From: an uncultured virus (IMG/VR IMGVR_UViG_3300020185_000031)
Lineage: Duplodnaviria > Heunggongvirae > Uroviricota > Caudoviricetes
DNA: 64,000 bases
Direction: 5' to 3' (one strand)
Virus record (IMG/VR): IMGVR_UViG_3300020185_000031
Coordinates: 1-64,000 of that record
Made by a program: the position numbers and the translations under genes. Position 1 is the first letter of the stretch, and each line of letters starts with the position of its first letter. Positions 25,990-34,919 of this stretch are shown here, in pieces. Below the pieces are notes generated by a model that saw only the letters and a list, made by a program, of their open reading frames with translations, searched no databases and was not told the DNA's origin.

Positions 25990-27495
25990 ATGGAGTTAGG
26001 AAATAACATATTAGCTCTCGTAGAGCCATCAATTCGACCAAAAGAATTAAAAACAGTTGCTGATGGAGAGGATAATGGAGGACCGAAAGTTACTAAAACC
26101 TTTGGTATTGATACTCCTGTTATTACGATCAATGGATACTCGTTTGAAAGAGGTGATGTTTTAGATTTCGAAATTTCAAACGAGGGTATAATACCATTTG
26201 TTGACGTTACTTTGTTAGATTCTAAAAAAGCATTTGGTATTGATGCATTTCCTAGAGATGGAGATGTTTTTACAGTATATATTGGTTCTAAAAATCAAAG
26301 CACATTTAAGTCTATTCACATAGATGTAGAAATTCTTAATATTTCTACAGATCCTGGTGAAGAAGGAGACCCTAAAAAAGTTTCTATTTCAGGAAGAGTA
26401 AGTATACCTAAACTGTTTGCTGAGAATTGTCGACATTTAGAGGTAGGTAGTTCACTTGATCATTTGACAGAGGTTGCACAAGAATTAGGGCTTGGTTTAG
26501 CATCAAACATAGATGTTACTACGGACGATCAGGTAAGAATTCAAGCCTTTATAAATTATATTGATTTTATAAAGGAGATAGTATCCTCTTCATATGTTAG
26601 TGATGAATCTTTTCAAAACTTTTTTATTGATCCGTATTATTATTTAAACTTCGTAGACATTAATAAGATCTTTAATACTAAAAATCCACCACTTGATGAG
26701 TTTGAAGACTTAGTTTCTTCAGGAGCTGTTTCTTTCGCAGAAGGCGAAGGTGTTGATGAAGATGATGATTCTATTCCTACAAAGTTATTTTTAACAAATA
26801 ACAGACAATTCAAGCAAAGTAATCAATATGTAAATCAAATTGATATTGAAAACCAGTCAAATTCAATAACTGAATTACATGGTCATTTTAGAGAAGCTCT
26901 AGTATATGACAATAACGCTGAGCCAGATGCAAGGAAAGAGGAATTTACAATTGAAGCCCTTTCTACTAACCCAGAAAATATAACAGATATTACCGAGCCT
27001 TTGAAAGGAAATAGAGAAAGTGAAGGTTATGTTGATCTAGTTAAGCATAAATATATAGGAAGACAAGACGTTGGAGAAGACGGATTAGGAAATGTACACC
27101 AAAACCATGTGTTTACGCAACTAAATAATATACGAAATTTTGATGAAACTCAAAAGATAAAGATTACTCTTACCTTAGAGTCATTTAATCCTTCGTTATA
27201 TAGATATCAAAAAGTTCCAGTTCTATGGTACAGCTATGACAAAACCGTTGTTGGTAACACTGTAGATTTAAAGAAGCAAAAAAAAGAATTAGGATTTACT
27301 GAATCTACTATTGAAGTACCATCAGACGACAACGAAGAACCAGATCAGGCACTTGAAGAATTTGTCACTGGATATTATCTTGTAGAATCAATCGATATAA
27401 TATACAAACAAAGCGTTGGTAGATTTACACAAAAGGTAACGTTAATTAGAAGAGATTGGCCTGCTAGAATGGGCGCTATTGAACCAAATACATAG
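25990..27495 (+). CDS. Baseplate hub protein (gp27/late-control-D-like)
   Basis: Sits between gp53-like and gp5-like genes; C-terminal TG.Y.V..I...Y......Q...L.RR. Confidence 0.6.
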   Translation: MELGNNILALVEPSIRPKELKTVADGEDNGGPKVTKTFGIDTPVITINGYSFERGDVLDFEISNEGIIPFVDVTLLDSKKAFGIDAFPRDGDVFTVYIGSKNQSTFKSIHIDVEILNISTDPGEEGDPKKVSISGRVSIPKLFAENCRHLEVGSSLDHLTEVAQELGLGLASNIDVTTDDQVRIQAFINYIDFIKEIVSSSYVSDESFQNFFIDPYYYLNFVDINKIFNTKNPPLDEFEDLVSSGAVSFAEGEGVDEDDDSIPTKLFLTNNRQFKQSNQYVNQIDIENQSNSITELHGHFREALVYDNNAEPDARKEEFTIEALSTNPENITDITEPLKGNRESEGYVDLVKHKYIGRQDVGEDGLGNVHQNHVFTQLNNIRNFDETQKIKITLTLESFNPSLYRYQKVPVLWYSYDKTVVGNTVDLKKQKKELGFTESTIEVPSDDNEEPDQALEEFVTGYYLVESIDIIYKQSVGRFTQKVTLIRRDWPARMGAIEPNT

Positions 27496-27503
27496 ATAAA
27501 GAT

Positions 27504-28655
27504 ATGCAAGATTATAGAACCGTAAAGGACTTTAGAAAAGGATACAAATACAGCAAAATGGCTGAGGATCCTACATACTTGTCGTTTTTTTTTATGTTCG
27601 ATTACTATACGGAGAAATCACCATTGTTGAATGGACAGGCTACATCATATCTTAGGAATGTTGCACAAGACGAGGAAAAGGCAGTACATTTAGAAAACTT
27701 TATTAAAATTTTAAAGAGAGTAAATAGTGAGTTTCCATGGTTTTGGCAAAGTGTTTCAGGATTAGAAGCTACTAAGCAGTATGGAAAAATGGAAGAGCCT
27801 TGGTACGGTGCTGGCGATAAAGCAATTGAAATCACATGTTTAGAAACTGTAGAATTAACAGTTTCTGGAATGTTTGATCTATACAAAAAGGCAGCTTATG
27901 ATTTGAGCAGATGGGTTGAAGTAATACCAAAAAACTATAGATATTTTACAATACATATTTGGGTTTCAGAAGTTAGAGACTTTGGTTCTTCTTTCTCTAA
28001 AAATGCTATTAATAAAATTAGCGCAGTTACTGGAGCTACAACTCCTGAATTTTTAAAAGATAGCAGCGTTAAGAACGCTAGACCTTTCTTTAAAGTATCT
28101 CTATCAGATTGTTTATGGGATATTGATTCTACGAGTAATGTTTTCGCGAGCCTTACTAGAAATCCGGATACAGCGATCGCACCAACTATTAAATTCTTTT
28201 ACAATAGCGTTTCCTTTGATGGAGAATATGCAAACAACGCTATAAAAGAAGATAAGACAATTGGTGAAATGATTGGTTCTATAGCTGCTGAAAAACTAGG
28301 ATCCGTTGTTGATGGAGCTGCAAGTAGATTAAAAGACAAAGTACTTGCAAACTTATTACTTGGAAACGTGTATGGGGTTAACACACTTTCTTCTATACAA
28401 GATGCTATATCTGCAGGGTCTATTAATGGACTAGCAAATATGGTGAGAGGATCTAATAGTAGTCCTACAAACACCCCAGCAGGAAACCTAGGAGAAGTAT
28501 ATGATCAAATTTCACCTGGAGGAGATTCACCAATTAATTCAAATATACACGGTACTATAGTTTCTGGAGGTACTGATTTTATTAGCTCCAATGTACATGG
28601 AGGTCCAGTTCCAACTGATGAAGAAGGACCTATTAACGAAAACATATACGATTAA
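27504..28655 (+). CDS. Tail-tube-like/baseplate junction protein
   Basis: WFWQSVSGL, I.I.CLE...L.....F..Y pattern; baseplate context. Confidence 0.45.
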   Translation: MQDYRTVKDFRKGYKYSKMAEDPTYLSFFFMFDYYTEKSPLLNGQATSYLRNVAQDEEKAVHLENFIKILKRVNSEFPWFWQSVSGLEATKQYGKMEEPWYGAGDKAIEITCLETVELTVSGMFDLYKKAAYDLSRWVEVIPKNYRYFTIHIWVSEVRDFGSSFSKNAINKISAVTGATTPEFLKDSSVKNARPFFKVSLSDCLWDIDSTSNVFASLTRNPDTAIAPTIKFFYNSVSFDGEYANNAIKEDKTIGEMIGSIAAEKLGSVVDGAASRLKDKVLANLLLGNVYGVNTLSSIQDAISAGSINGLANMVRGSNSSPTNTPAGNLGEVYDQISPGGDSPINSNIHGTIVSGGTDFISSNVHGGPVPTDEEGPINENIYD

Positions 28656-29353
28656 TGTCAACAATTAAAGAATTAAACTCTGATAATACTAGGGAAACTC
28701 ACTGGATCGGTGAAGTAGTGGATAACGAAGATCCGTTACTAAATGGAAGATGCAAAGTTATGGTATTTGGTAAATTCGATAAACTTCCACCAGATGCTAT
28801 TCCATGGGCTAGCCCAATGAATCGTAATTTACCAGGTGCACACTCGGTTCCTAGGGTTGGTGATGTTGTTGCGATCAGATTCGACAATGGTAATATATAC
28901 CACCCAGAATATTGGTTCCAGGTGGATCAGAATAGTGATCTGAAGAGTGATGTTTTAGAAATTTCCGAATATCCACAGGACGTTATATCAATAGTATACG
29001 ACGCCAAAAGAAATTTAAGAGTTTATTATTCACCAGAAGATGGGCTAGTAATGACTACTGGCGCTACTAATACAGAGGCTCCGATGATCAGATTTAGTCC
29101 AGAAGGCCAAATATTTTTAAATTCAGGTGATATATTCATCGCGACTAATGATGGAGGAGATGCAACGCAACCTGCCGTTAGAGGAGTAGATCTACAAACT
29201 TGGCTAGATACACTACTAGATGATTACTTAGCGCATACTCACCCGACTGGAGTAGGGCCTAGTGGTCCTCCACTTCCTCCTACATCTGCAACCGCAGTTC
29301 CAGGATTAAAGGCTGATTTAACAAGCAATTCGTTTTTACAAAAAGATAAATAA
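28655..29353 (+). CDS. Baseplate central spike, gp5/gpV OB-fold
   Basis: GEVVDN.DPL..GRCKV..FG, IPWA.P, VP.VGD.V...F.NG...P.Y; C-terminal HTH..G metal-binding tip. Confidence 0.85.
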   Translation: MSTIKELNSDNTRETHWIGEVVDNEDPLLNGRCKVMVFGKFDKLPPDAIPWASPMNRNLPGAHSVPRVGDVVAIRFDNGNIYHPEYWFQVDQNSDLKSDVLEISEYPQDVISIVYDAKRNLRVYYSPEDGLVMTTGATNTEAPMIRFSPEGQIFLNSGDIFIATNDGGDATQPAVRGVDLQTWLDTLLDDYLAHTHPTGVGPSGPPLPPTSATAVPGLKADLTSNSFLQKDK

Positions 29354-30366
29354 TGACAATTTCCGAATTAATAGAAAAGTGGGGCGAAAACTATATTATT
29401 GAAACTAAAATAAAGGATATCGATTATAGATACGCTTCTGGATATCTAGAAAGAGTAAAATTAGAAGAGAATGAATTTATAGAAGACCTTAAGGTTGTTT
29501 TACAAGAATATTATTTAGGAAGCGCTATAATTAATGTTGGCAGCAATGTTAAGAAAACATTGCCATTTATTGGATCATATTATTTTAACTGGAATCTAGT
29601 GTTTGACTTAGTAAATAGCAACAGTAGCACAGCTTCAACAATTCCAATAAGGAATATGAATAGTTATTTGATCGATGCTGGTACTGAATTAAGAAGTTCT
29701 TTAATTTGGAAACTTCCTGTTAAAAAGATTAATAATGGTTCATTTAAGGGAGAGTTTGTTGAAGAATCATTATCGGCAGGTTCTGATCTAAGATTAAAAT
29801 CTTACATTGTTCCAATAGACCCGGATTCTGCTGAGTTTAAAAATCCAGTATACTTTTACAAGAAATATGATTGGATATTACCAGGTAGTAAGCAGATTTT
29901 GTATAACGTTCAACTATCTAGGGTCAATAACTATGTCCCTGGAGGTATTGAATATTATCAAGAAGGAAGATATGCCACTATTCATCAATACATATTTAAA
30001 CTTAGAATATTAGAAAAAGCTCTTAAAGATAATATTAGAGCGTTAACAGTAAATATAGTAGGTACTGAACTAATAATTGGAAATACTCTTACTGAAGATC
30101 TAATAGGAGGTATTGAGGTTCCTGTGAAAAAAGAGGACTTAACTCCAATAATAGAAGATATAAAATTACAGAGCGATCCGCATATTGGTGATATTCTTAA
30201 AGAATCTAAGGTTATGGAAGAAAACAACAACAACTACAAATTTACAACAACTCCATATCGAGGTGCTAGATATTATGATAAGAATTTTAATATCTTAGAA
30301 ATAATAAAACCTAGCCTATTTGTTGAATCTCCAACTTCTAGTAACAATACCGAAACTTTAAATTAA
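29353..30366 (+). CDS. Hypothetical protein
   Basis: 337-aa ORF coupled to the spike gene. Confidence 0.7.
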   Translation: MTISELIEKWGENYIIETKIKDIDYRYASGYLERVKLEENEFIEDLKVVLQEYYLGSAIINVGSNVKKTLPFIGSYYFNWNLVFDLVNSNSSTASTIPIRNMNSYLIDAGTELRSSLIWKLPVKKINNGSFKGEFVEESLSAGSDLRLKSYIVPIDPDSAEFKNPVYFYKKYDWILPGSKQILYNVQLSRVNNYVPGGIEYYQEGRYATIHQYIFKLRILEKALKDNIRALTVNIVGTELIIGNTLTEDLIGGIEVPVKKEDLTPIIEDIKLQSDPHIGDILKESKVMEENNNNYKFTTTPYRGARYYDKNFNILEIIKPSLFVESPTSSNNTETLN

Positions 30367-30377
30367 CCTTATAGAAA

Positions 30378-30992
30378 ATGACTTGGACTCAATTTGAAGA
30401 TAAACTATATGACTTGCTAATAGCTAGGGTAACTTCTACTGAAGAACCTGCTGCAAGTAGAGTTCAAGACTTAACAGAGCTAGCAAAGGATATTACTGAC
30501 TTATATCACAATACTGCAATAAGCGCGAAAGAGACCTCACAAAGGAATATATTAGTTCCAACTGCTCTAGAGCCTGGTAAAATAGCAATTCAGTCTGCTA
30601 TTTTTGCATCATTAAACATGATGTATAATTTAAATCTTAAAGCGAGCGTAGCAACTTTAATGCCAATTGGATTAGCAGTATCTACATATTGGGTTCCTGC
30701 TATTTCACCAGGTATAATTAATCCGTTACCTCCTCAACTTCCTGCAGTTACTCCATCTCCAGGGTCTATCGTTACGTTTACTGGAAATCCAGTGCTAGTT
30801 GCACAAGGGTTTAAGAAAGCATACACTAGTTATGATAATGAAACTGATTTTAATGTTTCTCTTAGAAAGGCAGCAGGAGATATTACAAAGGGATTCAAAG
30901 ATCATATGAGTTCAATGGCGGGACAGTATATAGGTACAACACCTGTTCCAGCACCTGTTGTAATTCCATGGGTTGGATTAATCCCTGTTTAA
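30378..30992 (+). CDS. Putative virion protein (Pro-rich)
   Basis: Structural context; C-terminal P.P....PW.G. Confidence 0.55.
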   Translation: MTWTQFEDKLYDLLIARVTSTEEPAASRVQDLTELAKDITDLYHNTAISAKETSQRNILVPTALEPGKIAIQSAIFASLNMMYNLNLKASVATLMPIGLAVSTYWVPAISPGIINPLPPQLPAVTPSPGSIVTFTGNPVLVAQGFKKAYTSYDNETDFNVSLRKAAGDITKGFKDHMSSMAGQYIGTTPVPAPVVIPWVGLIPV

Positions 30993-31039
30993 TTAGATAT
31001 ATAACATGTTACACTTTAACACTTTTAAATTAAAAATAA

Positions 31040-32320
31040 ATGTCAGAAAACAAAAGACAACGAATGGTACCTAATATAGGATTACCAGTACAAAAAGAAA
31101 CACAGGAAGCTGTGTTAGAAAAACCAAAAGCCAAAGAAAAAAATTGGTTTAGTGATAATGGTGAATTCGATTGGGAAGGATATGAAGCTACTTGTATAAC
31201 AAAGCAAAGAAAGCCTAACCCTCACATTAAAACTAAGGGTAAGGACAGAGTATACTCTCGAGAATCATATGCTCAAGAATTGTATAACTTATATACTGAT
31301 CACCCAAGCGTTCAAAACATTAAAGCAACTGCAACTCCAGGAGAACTTGTAGAAGGTAAAATTTATGGAATCACTAGCGAATGGATCACAGTAGATGCTA
31401 ACTTTAGAGAACTTATATACATAAAGACTTCGAAGGAGCCGGTTTCTATTGTCGAAGATTACAAGCCAGGAGACGATGTATCCGTATTAATTACTTCAGA
31501 AATTGGAGCTAAGATGGATGGCAATATTACTGGATCTATTTCTGGAGGAATAAAGCACAAGACATTTGGTGATTTAATATCTGGAATAGAAACTGGAAAT
31601 ACAGCATGGATTGGTAAGGTTAGTCACATGATACAAAATGGAGGTTATATTGTCGAAGTACAAGGAATTGAGTGCTTTATGCCTGGATCACTTGCTGGTA
31701 TTAATAAACTCAACGACTTTGAATCAATAATAGGAACAGAATTATATGTAGTTCCTGTTTCACATTCACAAGAAAGAGGTACGATAGTAGTTTCACATAG
31801 AAAATACTTAAAGGCTTTGATTCCTTCTGAGATTGAAAATCTTAAAGCAGTAGTCGATGAAAAGATTACTGGAACTGTTACTGGAACTGCTAAGTTCGGA
31901 ATATTCTGTGAATTTAACGATTGTCTAACGGGTATGATACATGCAAACGACATAGATGAAGATACAATGGTTAAGTTCAAGTCGCGTGAAATTAAACCAG
32001 GAGATTCAATTGAATTCTGGGTTAAAGATATCGTAACTAACTCTAAAATTACGTTAAGTCAAAAAGCAGAAAACATTAATAATCCATGGAAAGATATTGA
32101 TAAAAGATATAAAATACCATGTAATGTTGAAGCTATAGTAAAGACTAAAAAGGAGTACGGATTATTTATATCGATTGAAGAAGGATTGGTAGGACTATTA
32201 CACGTTAGCGAATTCCCAGAAGGTATTATAGATACGTTTAACCCTGGAGATAAAATAGTTGTACAAGTAAATAGAATCGATAAAGAATCTCAAAAGATTT
32301 TCTTAAAGTTTCCTCTATAA
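31040..32320 (+). CDS. rpsA: Ribosomal protein bS1-like (four S1 domains)
   Basis: FDWEGYE N-terminal motif like Bacteroidota S1. S1 repeats: GELVEGKI; GGYIVEVQGIECFMPGS...VVSHR; GTV...KFGIF...GMIH; NPW...EYGLFI.IEEG..GLLHVSE...GDKI.V.V..ID...KI.L. GATATATA at 30996. Confidence 0.85.
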   Translation: MSENKRQRMVPNIGLPVQKETQEAVLEKPKAKEKNWFSDNGEFDWEGYEATCITKQRKPNPHIKTKGKDRVYSRESYAQELYNLYTDHPSVQNIKATATPGELVEGKIYGITSEWITVDANFRELIYIKTSKEPVSIVEDYKPGDDVSVLITSEIGAKMDGNITGSISGGIKHKTFGDLISGIETGNTAWIGKVSHMIQNGGYIVEVQGIECFMPGSLAGINKLNDFESIIGTELYVVPVSHSQERGTIVVSHRKYLKALIPSEIENLKAVVDEKITGTVTGTAKFGIFCEFNDCLTGMIHANDIDEDTMVKFKSREIKPGDSIEFWVKDIVTNSKITLSQKAENINNPWKDIDKRYKIPCNVEAIVKTKKEYGLFISIEEGLVGLLHVSEFPEGIIDTFNPGDKIVVQVNRIDKESQKIFLKFPL

Positions 32321-32373
32321 TAGAGTTCGATTAAATATGATATATACTAAATAAGAGTATAATATCATAGTCG

Positions 32374-33675
32374 ATGCAGATTTTAAATAAACATTCTAAT
32401 AAAGATTCAATACTCAACGCCTCACTTATTGGCGTTGAGTTTGAATTCTATTCAAATCACGAGATGGAAGAAACTCGTGCACAGCTTAAAAAACTATTAG
32501 GCCGTGAAATCTATGGAGAATCAAATTCAGATTTTCAACCGGATGATAAATCTTTTAAAATAGAGTCAAACCTATCAGGAGGTAAAGGTCTTATAAGGCT
32601 TATTACTGGAGATATTTCATACAGAAATGCTAGAATTATGATGATTCGAGTATTAGGATGGATTCGTGAAAATGGCTATACTACTGAAAGATCTTCAATA
32701 CAATTAAACATTTCATTTCAAAAAGACAGACTAGAAGATAATAATATTGTCTCTAAGATGAGTACTCTTAAATTTATTCTTGAATTTAATGAGGAGCAAG
32801 TTTATAAATTATTCCCTAGTAGAAAGGATTCAATATATTCTAAGTCTATTAAATGGGTTATGCCAAAGCAGGAATCATTCCACTTTGGTGAAACGTCAAT
32901 GTCTGAATTAAATTTTAACTTTCCAAATACAGAGTATTATGGTGTTAACTTTAATAAAAAAAATGAAAATTATCTAGAATTTAAGTATATTGGAGGAAAA
33001 GATTACGAAGATAGACAAGATGGTATTTTATATCTCATTGATAGATTTATATTACAAACTTGGAAGTCATGTATCGAATCTAGTTTTACAGATATAAATA
33101 AGATAGAGCTTAAAAAGATAATGCAAATTAATCTTCCATTTAGAGAAATCTTAAAAAATCATAAAAAAATAAAAGAGTATTTTCCAAAAATAGAAATAAT
33201 GGTAGATTTACAAGAATCGGATACCGTTATTGAACTTCACTGGGGTAGAATTAAAGATAAAGTAGTTTCTTTGATGTCAACTAGTGGTTTGAAAAAAGGA
33301 GTTATCAACTATGATTCTGATTTAGGAGTGATCCAAATAAAAGATGGAGAATTTCCAGTTTGCTATGAATTAAAAAAAGTAGATTTAGTAGACTGTAGTA
33401 TTGTTGGTAGCGTTTTTGAATCTGATCTGTATGGATGTACTTTAGAAAAATCGTATCTTGAGTTTTGTAATCTATTTAAAGGTACTACTGTAAATAACTC
33501 TAAAATTAAATCATCTTATGTACATGGCAGCTGTAATGCAGTAAACTGTTACATTTATGGAAAGGATGGAATATTTAAAGGTAAGGCTACTGGTGGTATC
33601 TTTAGAGAAGGGATGATAGATAAAAATGCTAGATTTGACGACACTGAAATTGTTGTCAGTAAAAAAATAAATTAA
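32374..33675 (+). CDS. Amidoligase-like (COOH-NH2 ligase fold) protein with C-terminal beta-helix-like repeats
   Basis: IGVEFEF, T.ERSSIQLNISF, Y..VNF, YLEF.YIGG. The usual catalytic His position appears to be Q. Confidence 0.5.
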   Translation: MQILNKHSNKDSILNASLIGVEFEFYSNHEMEETRAQLKKLLGREIYGESNSDFQPDDKSFKIESNLSGGKGLIRLITGDISYRNARIMMIRVLGWIRENGYTTERSSIQLNISFQKDRLEDNNIVSKMSTLKFILEFNEEQVYKLFPSRKDSIYSKSIKWVMPKQESFHFGETSMSELNFNFPNTEYYGVNFNKKNENYLEFKYIGGKDYEDRQDGILYLIDRFILQTWKSCIESSFTDINKIELKKIMQINLPFREILKNHKKIKEYFPKIEIMVDLQESDTVIELHWGRIKDKVVSLMSTSGLKKGVINYDSDLGVIQIKDGEFPVCYELKKVDLVDCSIVGSVFESDLYGCTLEKSYLEFCNLFKGTTVNNSKIKSSYVHGSCNAVNCYIYGKDGIFKGKATGGIFREGMIDKNARFDDTEIVVSKKIN

Positions 33676-33679
33676 TATA

Positions 33680-34531
33680 ATGAGTGAAATTAGAAGTGGA
33701 AATATAGGTAGTACTTCAGGTATAACGACACCTAGGGATTTTGGCAATGATTGCCTAAACTCTTTTTTAGATGAGATCGGTGATGATATTACTGGAGCAT
33801 GTATGGTTCCTATAAACCTACCAACTCGTGAAATTATCAATATAATTAAAAGATCTAAAAAATGGTTCTATAAGAACTATGAATATTCGATGCGTGAAAA
33901 TTATTACCATATTCCGTACAAGACTTTTTCATCAGATTATTTTTCAGTTAATAGATCACTTCATTTACCAGGAGCCGGTACCGACGGCTCTGGAGAGGTA
34001 TTTTCGGTTTATGGTTTATGGGATCTTTCTAGTGGATGGCAAGGACAAGGTGGAGGAATGGATGTTAGATTTACAGCCGAAGGAGATTTCTCAATTGATA
34101 GAATGTTATTTAGAAATGCATACCAAGGATCTGGAGCTGCTCAATTTGCTGAAGAACTACAATACTATGTAGTTAATCAATCGTTAATGGACTTATCTAG
34201 ACAGATTCTAGAGAACCCAATATCTTTTGCGTATACTCAATTAACTGGAGAATTAAAGTTCATGGGAGACACTCCTAAAGGAGATGTTATTCTTCAAGTA
34301 TATGAAACAATACCGGATTGTGCAATTTATAATGACGAGATATTTTTTAGGTATGTTAGTGCAAGAATTAAACAATCTCTTGGTGCTAAACTAGGGATCT
34401 TTAAGTTTTCTCTTCCTGGTAATGTTGAGTTTGATTATGACGCTATAAAATCAATGGGTGATGAAGAACTTGCTGAGATTAAAGAAGAAATCAAAGGTGA
34501 TGAAGGCGTAGACTGGATGTTCCATAGTTAA
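33680..34531 (+). CDS. Neck/head-tail adaptor protein (gp13-like)
   Basis: Y..A.IKQ.LG..L..F...LPG.V..D...I...G.EE...I.EE, similar to the T4 gp13 C-terminus. Confidence 0.7.
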   Translation: MSEIRSGNIGSTSGITTPRDFGNDCLNSFLDEIGDDITGACMVPINLPTREIINIIKRSKKWFYKNYEYSMRENYYHIPYKTFSSDYFSVNRSLHLPGAGTDGSGEVFSVYGLWDLSSGWQGQGGGMDVRFTAEGDFSIDRMLFRNAYQGSGAAQFAEELQYYVVNQSLMDLSRQILENPISFAYTQLTGELKFMGDTPKGDVILQVYETIPDCAIYNDEIFFRYVSARIKQSLGAKLGIFKFSLPGNVEFDYDAIKSMGDEELAEIKEEIKGDEGVDWMFHS

Positions 34532-34547
34532 TTATAATAAATAGAAT

Positions 34548-34904
34548 ATGGAATTATACATTAAAACTACAGGCGATCCTAATTTTGATTCAGTTGAGGT
34601 TCACACTAGAGATGAGGTTAAGCAATTGATTACTCAGATAGAAACAATACTTTTCACAAACAAAGGTGAAGTATTAGGTAATTCTGACTTTGGATGTAGT
34701 TTAAATGACATGCTATACTCTCTAAACGCAAACGAGTTTACTATTAAAAACGAGATTGATCGTCAATTAACAGCACACTGTCCGTTAGCTGCAAAATATA
34801 GAGTAGAGGCAAATATAACATTTGTTAGAGGAGAAGTTAGAGACGAGGCTTTTATAGATATAACAATAAACAACAAATACACAGTGACTGTTTCAACAGT
34901 ATAA
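34548..34904 (+). CDS. Baseplate wedge gp25-like
   Basis: IL.TNKGEV....FGC.L...L. Confidence 0.85.
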   Translation: MELYIKTTGDPNFDSVEVHTRDEVKQLITQIETILFTNKGEVLGNSDFGCSLNDMLYSLNANEFTIKNEIDRQLTAHCPLAAKYRVEANITFVRGEVRDEAFIDITINNKYTVTVSTV

Positions 34905-34919
34905 AATAAAAAAATATAA

